A DNA stretch of 64,000 nucleotides. Origin: a virus (Duplodnaviria > Caudoviricetes). The stretch covers positions 4,722-68,721 of the IMG/VR virus record IMGVR_UViG_3300021399_000155. One strand, written 5' to 3'. The notes under the pieces are model-generated. The model saw only the letters and a list, made by a program, of their open reading frames with translations. It ran no database searches and had not been told where the DNA came from. Of the stretch, positions 25,645 through 36,128 are shown in pieces; positions within the stretch are counted from its first letter, which is position 1; each line of letters opens with the position of its first letter. The translations under genes and the position numbers were made by a program.

Positions 25645-28600
25645 TTATAAATCATAAATTTTTGTGTAATCTGTAATCCACCAATTAAACTCACCCGGAA
25701 CATCTTCCCACTCTCCGTTTGCGTTTTTCTTTTGTTTTGGTCTCTTAACACATTGCTTCATGTATAAAACGTCACCATTCTCAAAAGGTAGCTGTTGAAA
25801 ACTCACCGTATAAGATTTATCCCTCTTGTTCAGCCTAGAATGAACCTTAACCTCGCATGTTCCACCAGTTCTAAGATTGTAAGCCTGAAATTTTGGAGAA
25901 TATGTAGTGTCGAGTGCAGTAACACAGATATGCCTGTTGTCTTTAATATCTGGGTTAACATAATCGACGTATCCTAAATGGTTAATCTGATATTTCAATC
26001 TTTCAGACAAGGAGCATGGTCTAACATCCGAATTTTCCAACAAGTATTTAAGCACCCCCGGAACATACAATCCGTCGAATTTTCCATAAATTATTTTTGT
26101 TGCAAACTTATATTGATCTTCTTCCGACACGCAGTATTCCTTGATGAATTTGTTAAAGTTAATTCCGATAACTGTTTTAACTAGCGTCCCATATTCATCT
26201 CTTGCGTGCTTATATTTGGGACAGTTTCTCAATGCTTCTTGATAGTCAATATTCTTTAAAGCGCAATAGCCATCGAAATCCATATCCTCAACCCTTGTAA
26301 TACTTTCATTCTCTGAAAATCTACGAAGAATGTCTTCTGGGATTCCTAGTTTTTGTGCGGCATCCTTCTTAATGCCTTGTTTCCCAGATAACTGCTGGAA
26401 CATTTCGTTGATGTAAAGAAGCTTGTTTATTTCTCCATATTTCTTAAAAAAGTCAATCTTAATCAATATGTCGATTTGTCTTGAATTAACAGACGTATAT
26501 TGTTTCATGTAATATAAAATGTCAACAAAATCGTTTAGCGGTTTGTCATACATCTGTGATATCTCATTTGCAACCGCATCTGTCATAAACTTCAAAGATC
26601 CAATACCCTTGTAAATTGCGTTTTCTTCTTTGTTGCAATAGTATCCAGCCCTTGAATATCCGAATTCTGGCGGTTTAAATTTAATCCCAAGGCTTTTAGC
26701 ATAAAGGGTATCTTCACGAGTACGATCTTCTTTGTCTGCTACAATATTAAGCGCCGTTGTTATAAACTCTAACGGATAATATGTCCTCAACCAAGCACAC
26801 GCATACCCTTCATACGAATACGGCTGCGAATGGTTCAAAGAAAACAAATACGAACTAGCATCTTCAATGACCTGAATAAAAGCAACAATGTCTTTTTCAG
26901 ACTTTTCTTCATCAATCCCGTACATATCCTTCATAGTCTTGATGAAACCAGGTATATAATGTTTTTTATCATCTGTCATATACCCACCGTCTTTTATGAT
27001 AGGAATATATTTGTCTGTTCCAGTCTTCTTTGCAAATCCACGCCGAACAATATCTGCTTCACCCATTGTAAAACCGCAATATTGATGTAGGAATGAGATT
27101 ATTTGTTCCTGAAACGTCAGGAATCCAAACGTACTTGATAAGAAATCGTCTATTGGCTTAGAACCAGTTTTCCTTATTACTCCATTTGCCAAGTCGTCCC
27201 TATACGAAGCTCCCGCTGGACGTATTGCGCTATTTCCAATAGAAAGGAGTGTCATTCTATCAACATTCTTGTTTACTGTTTTAAACTTTTTTATGTTTTC
27301 ATCAGATAATAGTTTTTTTATATAGTCACTTCCGACATTACTATTCCACTGAAAGCATTCGATTGTGTTTTCGCGCATTGCATTCCAGACATTTTCATCC
27401 GTAATATCAAGATTATCAGGCGTTACTCTCGGGATTCCCGCCAATTTACAGGTTTCATTGATAAGCTCAATGGTATCTAATTTAAGCAAATCGAGCTTCA
27501 CATAATTAAGGCTATCCACTTCCTTCATGTTGAGCTGACTAACCCTATAATTGGATGTTGCAGTAGAACAAACGCCAATCTTGTCGTTAAATTCAAATCC
27601 GCACACAATTGTTCCGCACGGATGGCTCCCAATGGAAACAATAGTTCCCTTTACCAGATCTACATATTTAAAGAGCAACGGATATTTTTCTCGAACACTT
27701 TTCGTCCGCTCTTCGCTGTCCATCGCATCACAAATATCCCCTACTTCACTTAACGGGATTCCCAATGCTCTTCCAACATCACGAATAGCACCTTTATCAG
27801 CAATTGTGTTAAATGTTATAATGTCTGAGCAATATAATCCATGACGATTAAAAATATAGTTCTTAACATCTTCGATTCTTGACGGCGGGAAGTCTGTGTC
27901 GATATCAGAAAGAGAAACTCTTTCCACATTCATAAAACGATCAAAGTTTAGTTTATGCTTAATGCTATCCATTTCTGTTATGCCTAGTAGCCAAGCAATT
28001 ACACTACCATTGACCGAGCCACGACCATACCCGACCTGAATATCTTGAGTTTTACACCACGAAATAATGTCGTCCATCAATAGCATGAAGTCAATCGCTT
28101 GATTATGTACATATGCTTTCATTTCATACTCGATTCTATCAAGATATTCCTGATAGTTCGGATATTTATCGACTCCACGCCATTTAATGCCGTCTTCAAT
28201 CTTTTTACGAAACGTCTCCTCTGGATTTTGCCAAAGGTGAGGATACTTGTATGATCTGTCGATTGTGAACTCCTCAATCATGTCTGCCAAAACATTTGTG
28301 TTGTTAATTGCGGTATGAACAACATCCATAGGAAGAGACTTTTGCTTCTCGTAGGCTTCCACAAGTTCTTCGTAACTCTTAAAGGTAAGATCCCACGCCT
28401 GTTCTTCGGCAAAATTCACATTCTTCGCTTTTTGCAATATTGCTCTACCTTCCAAATGCTCATCGTTCAGCGCATGGGTATCAGTTCCGGCAATTAACGG
28501 AACACAGATCGACTTGCTAAGCTCGTATAAGTATTTGTTATACTTAATCTGGTCTTCAACCATATGATGCTGTATTTCAAGAAAGCAACGATGTTTGTTG

Positions 28601-29088
28601 TTCCATAAGAAACTAATAAAGCGATCTCTCGCCGTATCCGTTCCCTTGTTCAGGATTCCACCGAGGCATGCGGTTGACACTATAATATTGTCGGAAGTAT
28701 TCTCCAATTCTTCCAACGTAATGCGTGGAACATAATAAAAATGACCATCCTGACGATTAAAAGAGTTGGAAACTAAGGTGTTTAACTCCAAAACACCATC
28801 ATAGTTCTTGGCAATCAGGACGCAATGATAGTTGTCCCTGACCTTTTCATAAAGTGTTTCCGTCACATAAGCCTCGATTCCATGGATATATTTCATTCCA
28901 GCTTTCTCGATTTCTTCTTTCTTATGCAACCATGAGAAAACACTGCCGTGTTCAGTAAAACACATTGCTTTCATGCCAAGTTCTTTTGCCCGGGCTATAT
29001 ATTGTTTGTAATCAGTAATACTGTCAACGTTCGTTACACCATTTGAAAACATCGAATGAAGATGGATTACTGTGTAATTCTCTCCCAT
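25645..29088 (-). CDS. dnaE: DNA polymerase III alpha subunit (family C)
   Basis: PHP domain HLHS..TEHG; GRGS..GS; catalytic SDIDTDF; SHPCG; LFSLNHS. Confidence 0.95.
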   Translation of the reverse strand: MGENYTVIHLHSMFSNGVTNVDSITDYKQYIARAKELGMKAMCFTEHGSVFSWLHKKEEIEKAGMKYIHGIEAYVTETLYEKVRDNYHCVLIAKNYDGVLELNTLVSNSFNRQDGHFYYVPRITLEELENTSDNIIVSTACLGGILNKGTDTARDRFISFLWNNKHRCFLEIQHHMVEDQIKYNKYLYELSKSICVPLIAGTDTHALNDEHLEGRAILQKAKNVNFAEEQAWDLTFKSYEELVEAYEKQKSLPMDVVHTAINNTNVLADMIEEFTIDRSYKYPHLWQNPEETFRKKIEDGIKWRGVDKYPNYQEYLDRIEYEMKAYVHNQAIDFMLLMDDIISWCKTQDIQVGYGRGSVNGSVIAWLLGITEMDSIKHKLNFDRFMNVERVSLSDIDTDFPPSRIEDVKNYIFNRHGLYCSDIITFNTIADKGAIRDVGRALGIPLSEVGDICDAMDSEERTKSVREKYPLLFKYVDLVKGTIVSIGSHPCGTIVCGFEFNDKIGVCSTATSNYRVSQLNMKEVDSLNYVKLDLLKLDTIELINETCKLAGIPRVTPDNLDITDENVWNAMRENTIECFQWNSNVGSDYIKKLLSDENIKKFKTVNKNVDRMTLLSIGNSAIRPAGASYRDDLANGVIRKTGSKPIDDFLSSTFGFLTFQEQIISFLHQYCGFTMGEADIVRRGFAKKTGTDKYIPIIKDGGYMTDDKKHYIPGFIKTMKDMYGIDEEKSEKDIVAFIQVIEDASSYLFSLNHSQPYSYEGYACAWLRTYYPLEFITTALNIVADKEDRTREDTLYAKSLGIKFKPPEFGYSRAGYYCNKEENAIYKGIGSLKFMTDAVANEISQMYDKPLNDFVDILYYMKQYTSVNSRQIDILIKIDFFKKYGEINKLLYINEMFQQLSGKQGIKKDAAQKLGIPEDILRRFSENESITRVEDMDFDGYCALKNIDYQEALRNCPKYKHARDEYGTLVKTVIGINFNKFIKEYCVSEEDQYKFATKIIYGKFDGLYVPGVLKYLLENSDVRPCSLSERLKYQINHLGYVDYVNPDIKDNRHICVTALDTTYSPKFQAYNLRTGGTCEVKVHSRLNKRDKSYTVSFQQLPFENGDVLYMKQCVKRPKQKKNANGEWEDVPGEFNWWITDYTKIYDL

Positions 29089-30002
29089 GGTTTTACCCTC
29101 ACGTATTTAAACTTTTTCTTTATGATATCAAGATCTTTAGGAATATTAGCAGCGATCATCTCATCGCATTTCTTAGTGCCATCTCCAACGGTGTGTATAT
29201 ATCTTTCATCTGTACATAAACGGCTCATTATGCCGTATGACTCAAGCTTCGCGATGTATTCTTGTTTCTCATCAAGCGACCATTCAGCAAGACATATTTC
29301 CCAATTGCTACGTGATCTCGATCCGTCATCCAAAATATGTAATGACAAACCGAAATCATCTAAGAACTGTATTTTTTCGCTTCTACTCATATCTCTAATA
29401 GTGGCAAATTCAGAAACTTCTCTTGTGGTCATTCTATAGCTAGCCGTTGCCGAACATTCTTTTCCGTTTATCTTTTTAACGCACGGCGGTTTATACGTTG
29501 GCTCTTTTAAATTAATATTCTTTAACGTCTCATATTTGTACATCAAATATTCTTTTTCATCTTCGGCATGACTTTCTATATATACAGGAACATCCTTTGG
29601 TATATGACCATCACCAAGCGTTCCAGCAATCACCAACATTCTTTGCTTTTCTGTCAGTTTTATCATGTCTTTAATTGTTCTATTGCTTATCCCGTGTTTT
29701 TCACGGAGCCATTTTTCTATCGTTCTTGTTTTGTACCCGTTTTCTTCCGCAATTTCTCTTGCTGTTTTATGTTCAATAACGGCTTTTTGATACAGCCAGT
29801 CATAATCTTGATACGGTGCCAAAAAATTCGCATTGTTGTTTCTAATAATACTTTTTGTTAAACCAATCCTTTGCGCTCTTGCCGCCACACCGCCATAGGT
29901 TCTTCCAAGTATTGATGCAATCTCAGTAATTGACGAATGATTGTTATATTTTTCTGTCAACAAAGCGTCTTCTTCTGGTGTCCAGTTCTTACCACCCGCC
30001 AT
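29067..30002 (-). CDS. free-standing two-motif LAGLIDADG homing endonuclease with N-terminal HTH domains
   Basis: LVIAGTLGDG and LSLHILDDG; WTPEEDALL Myb/HTH-like N-terminus; GGAGG RBS before ATG 30002. Confidence 0.8.
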   Translation of the reverse strand: MAGGKNWTPEEDALLTEKYNNHSSITEIASILGRTYGGVAARAQRIGLTKSIIRNNNANFLAPYQDYDWLYQKAVIEHKTAREIAEENGYKTRTIEKWLREKHGISNRTIKDMIKLTEKQRMLVIAGTLGDGHIPKDVPVYIESHAEDEKEYLMYKYETLKNINLKEPTYKPPCVKKINGKECSATASYRMTTREVSEFATIRDMSRSEKIQFLDDFGLSLHILDDGSRSRSNWEICLAEWSLDEKQEYIAKLESYGIMSRLCTDERYIHTVGDGTKKCDEMIAANIPKDLDIIKKKFKYVRVKPWERITQ

Positions 30003-30816
30003 ATGTATCTTCCTCCTGTTCAGGATCTTCTTTATGATAAGAAAGTTCACAATGATCTCTCATTCCGCACATATAATCACAGTAGAACCTATCATACTTT
30101 TCTTCCCACTCTGCTTCCGTTTTTATGGCTTTCAATGTATCCTTTGCCCACTTTATAGCTTCTTCGTATTCATCCTTATTCCACGGAATTACGATCTGTC
30201 TTTGATCCCTAAACATATTCCATTGCAGATAATCAACACGCTTGTATTGCTCTTTTACGGCCTTAGAATACAGATATAATTGCCGTTTGAATTCTAGGAA
30301 GTGAGCCTCGTCCGTCTTGCTAATCTTCCCGCTCTTCAATAACTTTAATGAAGCAGACTTATGGTCAAGGATTGTAATCTCCTTTGTTTCTTTATCCCTA
30401 AGCAAAAGATCAATGTATCCTATGAATGGAACTTTGCCTATCTTGAACTCAACCCTTTTCTCAATTCCAAGGATGTCATACTTTTCAAGCATCAAATCTA
30501 TGTTTTCGAAGTAACTCAGCCCGGCTTGATAATATGATTCCCGGAGATCCTTATATGCGTTATATGGGAATCTTTCGGTAACGTATTCGTCAAAGTGCTC
30601 CTTATACCAATCGACAACATCGAACAAAGACAGTTCGCCCTTCTCATATTTCTCATTGCCGACATGAACCAATGTTCCAAACTGCGAGAACGCATTGTCC
30701 CTGCTCTCCTCGCAGTCGATGTAATGCATCTTCCATTCCTTTTTGCAGTTATAAAAACTGTTGAGCCGGGAAAAGCTCCAAATCATCTGGTCTATGATAA
30801 AGCTATAGTCACTCAT
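29989..30816 (-). CDS. PD-(D/E)XK RecB/Cas4-like exonuclease
   Basis: SFSRLNSFYNC, GYIDLL..ILDHKS, QLYLY, CDYMC..C. Confidence 0.85.
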   Translation of the reverse strand: MSDYSFIIDQMIWSFSRLNSFYNCKKEWKMHYIDCEESRDNAFSQFGTLVHVGNEKYEKGELSLFDVVDWYKEHFDEYVTERFPYNAYKDLRESYYQAGLSYFENIDLMLEKYDILGIEKRVEFKIGKVPFIGYIDLLLRDKETKEITILDHKSASLKLLKSGKISKTDEAHFLEFKRQLYLYSKAVKEQYKRVDYLQWNMFRDQRQIVIPWNKDEYEEAIKWAKDTLKAIKTEAEWEEKYDRFYCDYMCGMRDHCELSYHKEDPEQEEDTYGGW

Positions 30817-31033
30817 CTTCTTCCTCTCTGTATGGTTCCGGCAGAGGACACCACGCAATAGGATCGCAATTATGAACCTTAGCTCCTACTTTCCACCAAC
30901 AGTTTGGATACACTTCTCCGTAAGACGCTATATAAATTCCCCCTCTTTTACCACAGCAAAGAACCTTTTTCCCACTTTCCGGCAATCTTTTCTTACAAGG
31001 GATCCAAATATAATGGATTTCATATTCGCTCAT
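30809..31033 (-). CDS. DUF551-like small phage protein
   Basis: WIPCKKRLPE ... IAWCPLPEPY. Confidence 0.7.
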   Translation of the reverse strand: MSEYEIHYIWIPCKKRLPESGKKVLCCGKRGGIYIASYGEVYPNCWWKVGAKVHNCDPIAWCPLPEPYREEEDE

Positions 31034-31035
31034 AT

Positions 31036-32037
31036 TTACAACCTAATCCTTTCATCGTATAATTGTTTCCAAATATCCCGTCCTTTGTCACAAGGCGACA
31101 TCTTCTCATCAAGTAGTTTGTTCTTGTCAATTACGGCATAAACATTTGTGAACCGCCGAAGTAGTGATGTGCAATCTCGGATTTTCTTTAAGCAGACATC
31201 CTGATCGAACGCAATCACAACCTCTTTTATCCTTAACCTTAACAGCAACTTTACTTGTTCATCGTTCAACCACGAAGTCTCTGACGCAAGCCAAGCCTTT
31301 TCACCCCATCCTTCTACCTTCATTCCAGACTTGATCCCCTCAAAGATAACAACCCTGTTTTGCCGCCGGATTTCAGGCTCATTCTCTTTCATCCCAACAA
31401 AGTAATCAACCTTTCCAATTTTGGTATAGTTCATATACTTCTGGATGTTCATTTCTTTGTAGTTCTTAAACCTAGTTCTGCCCTTTACTCCTATTAGATT
31501 TCCATCACTGTCATAAACCGGGTAAACAATCCTGTTGCCCCTTTTATCAATCCTAATGCCATACTTTTTCATGATGTCTGGACGAATTCCTTCTTCGACC
31601 CATTCTTCTGGGATGTCATCTATAAACTTATCCATCGTGTTTGCCGGAAGAATTTCTCGGACATTGTTTTGAGATTGTTCAATCGCAGATTGTACATTCT
31701 GTTTGATTGATTTATAGAAGATAACAGCATCACACTTTTGCAGAGATCCAAGATCAGTTCCTGTCATGTCGCTCACTTTTTGCAACGCATCACGAAAGCT
31801 CATTCCCTCAATCTTGGTCATCCATTGAAGAACGGATCCGCCAACACCACAACTTAGGCAATGGAACACATTCTTGGAAGGTGTTATGAACAGTGACGGA
31901 GTAATATCTGTGTGCAGCGGACAGTTTGTTGCGTAGGTATCATGCCCCCTCTTTTTGAAATCAAAAGAACGAGAAGCATATTCAAGCAGATCAATATTAG
32001 ACACAAGCTCGTATAAGCTTTCTCGATCGTATTGCAT
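31036..32037 (-). CDS. dnaG: DNA primase (CHC2 zinc finger + TOPRIM)
   Basis: CPLHTDITPS..FHCLSCG; IFEGIKS; IAFDQD. Confidence 0.9.
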   Translation of the reverse strand: MQYDRESLYELVSNIDLLEYASRSFDFKKRGHDTYATNCPLHTDITPSLFITPSKNVFHCLSCGVGGSVLQWMTKIEGMSFRDALQKVSDMTGTDLGSLQKCDAVIFYKSIKQNVQSAIEQSQNNVREILPANTMDKFIDDIPEEWVEEGIRPDIMKKYGIRIDKRGNRIVYPVYDSDGNLIGVKGRTRFKNYKEMNIQKYMNYTKIGKVDYFVGMKENEPEIRRQNRVVIFEGIKSGMKVEGWGEKAWLASETSWLNDEQVKLLLRLRIKEVVIAFDQDVCLKKIRDCTSLLRRFTNVYAVIDKNKLLDEKMSPCDKGRDIWKQLYDERIRL

Positions 32038-32053
32038 AACTTCTCGTCCTCTC

Positions 32054-33418
32054 TTACTTGCCGTCAAACGGCGTTTCGATTATTTTATGTTGTTGTGCTT
32101 CCTTGATCCTCATCCGTCCTTGGTCAAAGGCGGCATCTACATACTCGACATCCTTCTCATGAGATGGCCCATTTCTGTTAATCTCAATCGACATCTTAAA
32201 GTTCCCACATTCCTGGCCATCCCTAGCTACTTCTTCCGGCGTTTTTTCTTCCCAAACTGCTCTTGCTGTACAGTAGCGATCAATCTTGTCGGAACCAGCA
32301 ACTGTATTTTCACGACTAAGTTGAACCCCCGCAATCCCGGCAATATCCAACTCCCCGGCGCAATTGTTCTTCAAGAAAGATGTCAGATCTCCCAAGATGT
32401 TTGAGTTCATCCCAGAATCCCCGGCATCACACTTAATGTAGTCATAAATGAATACTTCAAGATTCGCCTTATACTTCAAAATTTTTAAAATAGAGTACGT
32501 CTCATCCTTTGTTGGAGCCGGAGTGTAGAAATGATAGAACGGTTTCTTCTTTACCCATTCAATTGCCTTACGAACATACTGTTCGTCTTCATGTGTGTAG
32601 GCTCCCGTCCTGATCTTGTTTACTGTTAATCCTGTCAGGTTTGCAATGATACGCTCTAAAACCGCCCGGGAAGACATCTCTGTGTCGATGTAACAAACAG
32701 GAATGTTCTTTTTCATCATGTCAATGGCAGTATTTTGAAAAAATGCGCTCTTACCCTTTTTCATTCGAGCAGAGAGGACAAACAGCTCTCCTCGCTCATA
32801 AGTTACATAGTCATTCAGTGACGGGAAAATCGTTGGAATGCCATAATATCCATTATCCGTCCTTCTGCTCTCGATCTCTCCCCATAACTCATCAACCTTC
32901 TCTCCGAAAGTCACGATCTCTTGGCTCGTCAAATATCGTTCCGTCAGTTTACTGATATCTGAGTTCACCTTTACGTTCAGATCATCAAGCTTAATCTCTT
33001 CGTCAAAACATTCGGAACCAATTTTGCCAGAAAGGCGGTATAGGTCACGTCTGAAAGCAAGCTCAACCACTCTGTTTGTCAGTAACTTATACTCTTCTAA
33101 TGTTCCTCTGGCGGCGTAAGAAGCCAATGAAATGAACTCATTCAGGTTGACAATATTATGGTTCTGTATTGTTCTCTTAACTGCGACATTTGAGTTGATC
33201 ATGTTGGTCAGATTAAGAGCATCGATGTTCTCAACCCCGGCTTTCGTGAGTTCTTGTAACGCCCAATACAAACATCCGTTCTCGATATTGTAGAAGTATC
33301 CGGGCTTTAAATAGTCGCTGTGCAAGATAAAGTCAGGATGGTAGAGCAACGTCGCAATGACTCCGGCTTCCGCTTGATTGTCACTCAAGACTGCAATATC
33401 TCTCTCCAATAGAAACAC
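32054..33418 (-). CDS. dnaB: DnaB-like replicative helicase
   Basis: ARMKKGKS Walker A; IDTEMS; IYDYIK; VQLSR; NRNG. Confidence 0.9.
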   Translation of the reverse strand: MFLLERDIAVLSDNQAEAGVIATLLYHPDFILHSDYLKPGYFYNIENGCLYWALQELTKAGVENIDALNLTNMINSNVAVKRTIQNHNIVNLNEFISLASYAARGTLEEYKLLTNRVVELAFRRDLYRLSGKIGSECFDEEIKLDDLNVKVNSDISKLTERYLTSQEIVTFGEKVDELWGEIESRRTDNGYYGIPTIFPSLNDYVTYERGELFVLSARMKKGKSAFFQNTAIDMMKKNIPVCYIDTEMSSRAVLERIIANLTGLTVNKIRTGAYTHEDEQYVRKAIEWVKKKPFYHFYTPAPTKDETYSILKILKYKANLEVFIYDYIKCDAGDSGMNSNILGDLTSFLKNNCAGELDIAGIAGVQLSRENTVAGSDKIDRYCTARAVWEEKTPEEVARDGQECGNFKMSIEINRNGPSHEKDVEYVDAAFDQGRMRIKEAQQHKIIETPFDGK

Positions 33419-33469
33419 CTCCCAGTTCGACTATTCTCCAAAGAACTCTTGAACAGTTGTGCTGTGAGA

Positions 33470-33934
33470 TCATTTCAGGATATCCCCGAACGACTTCTGT
33501 TTCGTTGGTTTAAAACTGTAATCTTGAGTTTCTATTTCGTCGATGATTTCGACTTTCGGCTTTGGCGCAGCTTTTTGAGCTTTTCGATCATATTCTTCTT
33601 GCCATTCAACATTCTCGGCAACTCTATAAAGCCCTTGTGGATACCGCAAATTCCATTTGTGATCTATACACCAGTTAATCCCATAAAGTAACTTCCCACT
33701 GTCAAAACCATGATCAAAAATGATTATGTTGAGCACGCTCCTAAGTGTTGCAAAGACAACATTAGGATTACACTTTGTAGCAAATACATCTATAATTTCC
33801 TCAATGTTACGCTTTGTTCTCAGACAATCCGGGTGATAGTAAAAGCCTTTCTTTTCTTCGATTGCTTCTTCAACAGGCATATACTTACTCTTGTGTAAGC
33901 ACCGCCCGAATCTACACATTACAGTCTTTTCCAT
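33470..33934 (-). CDS. hypothetical zinc-binding protein (possible helicase loader)
   Basis: CRFGRC..YHPDC; lies directly upstream of the helicase. Confidence 0.55.
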   Translation of the reverse strand: MEKTVMCRFGRCLHKSKYMPVEEAIEEKKGFYYHPDCLRTKRNIEEIIDVFATKCNPNVVFATLRSVLNIIIFDHGFDSGKLLYGINWCIDHKWNLRYPQGLYRVAENVEWQEEYDRKAQKAAPKPKVEIIDEIETQDYSFKPTKQKSFGDILK

Positions 33935-33937
33935 TTT

Positions 33938-33964
33938 AAAAAAGGGCAGGAATTTCACCTGCCC
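33938..33964 (-). terminator. intrinsic terminator after ssb
   Basis: GGGCAGG-N7-CCTGCCC + T6. Confidence 0.6.
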
Positions 33965-33979
33965 CATTCCCCCTTATCT

Positions 33980-34396
33980 TTAATTGAAGGGCAATCCTTC
34001 GTCTTCTGTTCCAGCTGGAACATTCATCCAACTATCATTGGAATGAGATGGCTGAGAAGTCTGTCCACCCTGATTAGCGTTTTTACTGTCGCAGAACTCA
34101 ACACGATCTGCAATTACGTCAGTCGTGTAAACTCTCTGTCCATCCTTCTCATAAGAACCAGTCTGAATTCTTCCTTCCAGACCAATCTTTGACCCCTTCT
34201 GGAAATACTTTCCAATAAACTCGGCGGTCTTTCCGAAAGCAACGCAGCTAATAAAATCGGCGGTGGGCTGATTACTGTTGGGATCTTTCTTTACATTACG
34301 GTCAACTGCAACAGTAAAACGAGCAATCTGAGTTTCTCCGGCAGTTCTAGTGTCTACATCTCTTGATAAACGTCCAATTAATACTACACGATTCAT
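33980..34396 (-). CDS. ssb: single-stranded DNA-binding protein
   Basis: MNRVVLIGRL, ADFISCVAFGKTAE, acidic LPFN tail. Confidence 0.95.
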   Translation of the reverse strand: MNRVVLIGRLSRDVDTRTAGETQIARFTVAVDRNVKKDPNSNQPTADFISCVAFGKTAEFIGKYFQKGSKIGLEGRIQTGSYEKDGQRVYTTDVIADRVEFCDSKNANQGGQTSQPSHSNDSWMNVPAGTEDEGLPFN

Positions 34397-34411
34397 ATAT
34401 TATTCTCCTTC

Positions 34412-35347
34412 TTACGCCTTAAGCGCCTTTACTTCCTTTAACATTTCAGCGGCCTGAGCCGGATCCTTCACTGCTTTCGGGTTCCCGTTTGCAGAATACT
34501 TCTTAAGTGTTGCCATCAGGTCTGCATTCTTGGTGCCACCAAGCTCATTACAAAGATTGATGATCTCAGCATGGATAGCATCGAGATTAGATGTAACTGC
34601 CGTGGCTTCCACTTTATTTCGGTCAATAGGTGTATAAGTGTCACCACTATTCGCCCACTTAATGATCTTTACCCCGTCCTTTTCATCAAGAACCTTCGGC
34701 CCAAGATTCTCAAATAAATGTGTATTATCCTTTTCAACTTCAGCGGCGTTAGTTTTCTGATCGAGAAGGAATGTGCAAGTAAATTCGTACTCAAACCCAT
34801 CTCTCTGCTTCGCACCTACACCAAGTTTCTGAACTGTTGCCTTACCACGATCGTCTTTTACCATCTCATACTGATCTTTACCTCTCATCGTTGCAATTAC
34901 ATGGATTGGACTATCTGCAATTGCATTAATGAACCTCTGATGGCGAGGGGTTATGGACTTCCAATTCTGATACTGTCCGCCAGCTTGCTGATGTAGCTCA
35001 AGACAACCACCTTTTCCTTCCCATTCATGAGATGAGGAATCGATGATGAGAATTCCGTATCCTTCCTGAACCGCAAAGTCGATCAATTCAACATACTTTT
35101 CCGGGTTATGCGGAGCTTCGATGTCTACAATGTCGTAGTTAAACTCATTTGCGTAATAATAACCACGCTTGGCTTCTGTGTTCGCCAGAAGAATACGAGC
35201 TTCCTTTCCAGTCTGCTTCTTAATCTCATCCGCCATGCCAGTTGCAAGACGAAGAGAAGTATAGGTCTTTCCGCCGCCGGATGGAGCCATAAGCGCAATC
35301 TTCACAAAAATCTGTTCTCTTACTGCTTTCTTTACCTGAAAAGCCAA
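34412..35347 (-). CDS. Sak4-like AAA recombinase (AAA_24)
   Basis: APSGGGKT, IIDSSSHEW, MRGK, FEYEF; adjacent to ssb. Confidence 0.85.
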   Translation of the reverse strand: MAFQVKKAVREQIFVKIALMAPSGGGKTYTSLRLATGMADEIKKQTGKEARILLANTEAKRGYYYANEFNYDIVDIEAPHNPEKYVELIDFAVQEGYGILIIDSSSHEWEGKGGCLELHQQAGGQYQNWKSITPRHQRFINAIADSPIHVIATMRGKDQYEMVKDDRGKATVQKLGVGAKQRDGFEYEFTCTFLLDQKTNAAEVEKDNTHLFENLGPKVLDEKDGVKIIKWANSGDTYTPIDRNKVEATAVTSNLDAIHAEIINLCNELGGTKNADLMATLKKYSANGNPKAVKDPAQAAEMLKEVKALKA

Positions 35348-35515
35348 TTCCTTTTCCTCCTATAATATATAAGTGATATCTATATAAATGACATTTCGTC
35401 AGAAAGTTGGAAGTGCATCAACTATATTCGTACTATCCACTCGCAATCGAGCCACCGTATCATATAACCTTCTTTAATCCTGTAAATTCTCGGGGTGATA
35501 TTGAATAAGAACCCT

Positions 35516-35944
35516 TTAATTCTTTGTAGCATCTCCAATAACCTCATAGGCATCTTTGGCGGCTAAGTAATGCTCTGCAAGTAGTTTTTCGAGGTGCTCC
35601 ACCGTCTTTTTAAGAAGGGAAATTGCTCTCTCATAACACTTGGCAGATTGCATATGATAACGGTAATCAGCCTTTGCGGTGGCAAGCTCCTTGCCAAAAT
35701 CGACACTAAATGTGTCAACGTCCATGCACTTTGCAACGCCGACCATCTTATATTCTTCGCCCCATCCAAACGGAGCTGTTCTGTTGTTGGCTTCGTACAT
35801 TGCTCTATCAGCAACAACACCAATGCTTGTTTTGCAATCCATATATTCAGTATAAAGGTTTCCACGTTCAGGAAACAGGATTGCGGCAACTGTCTTCTTC
35901 TCAGGATTCACTGATATCTTCGGATTTCTCGGCTTTCTTATCAT
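35516..35944 (-). CDS. hypothetical protein
   Basis: GVAKCMDVDTFSVDFGKELA pattern. Confidence 0.65.
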   Translation of the reverse strand: MIRKPRNPKISVNPEKKTVAAILFPERGNLYTEYMDCKTSIGVVADRAMYEANNRTAPFGWGEEYKMVGVAKCMDVDTFSVDFGKELATAKADYRYHMQSAKCYERAISLLKKTVEHLEKLLAEHYLAAKDAYEVIGDATKN

Positions 35945-36128
35945 CTTTCTTTCCTTTCTCTCTTGTTTTAATAAATGGATCTTCAAAAGGGCGTTTCATG
36001 AGACGCTCATATAGGCGATCCTTCTGAAACTGGCTCTTTTTCTCTACCACACTACGTATTCCTCTACACAATTTTTCGTCATTCGACAATTCCTTCTTCA
36101 TCAACTGCCTCCTCTTCACTAAGATCAT
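35901..36128 (-). CDS. hypothetical basic protein
   Basis: operon packing; start uncertain. Confidence 0.4.
   Translation of the reverse strand: MILVKRRQLMKKELSNDEKLCRGIRSVVEKKSQFQKDRLYERLMKRPFEDPFIKTREKGKKDDKKAEKSEDISES

Noticed and set aside
25645-29088. Intein or intron in dnaE (or nrdD)
   Set aside because: Both ORFs are continuous, of normal length and lack splice-junction motifs; the LAGLIDADG gene lies outside dnaE
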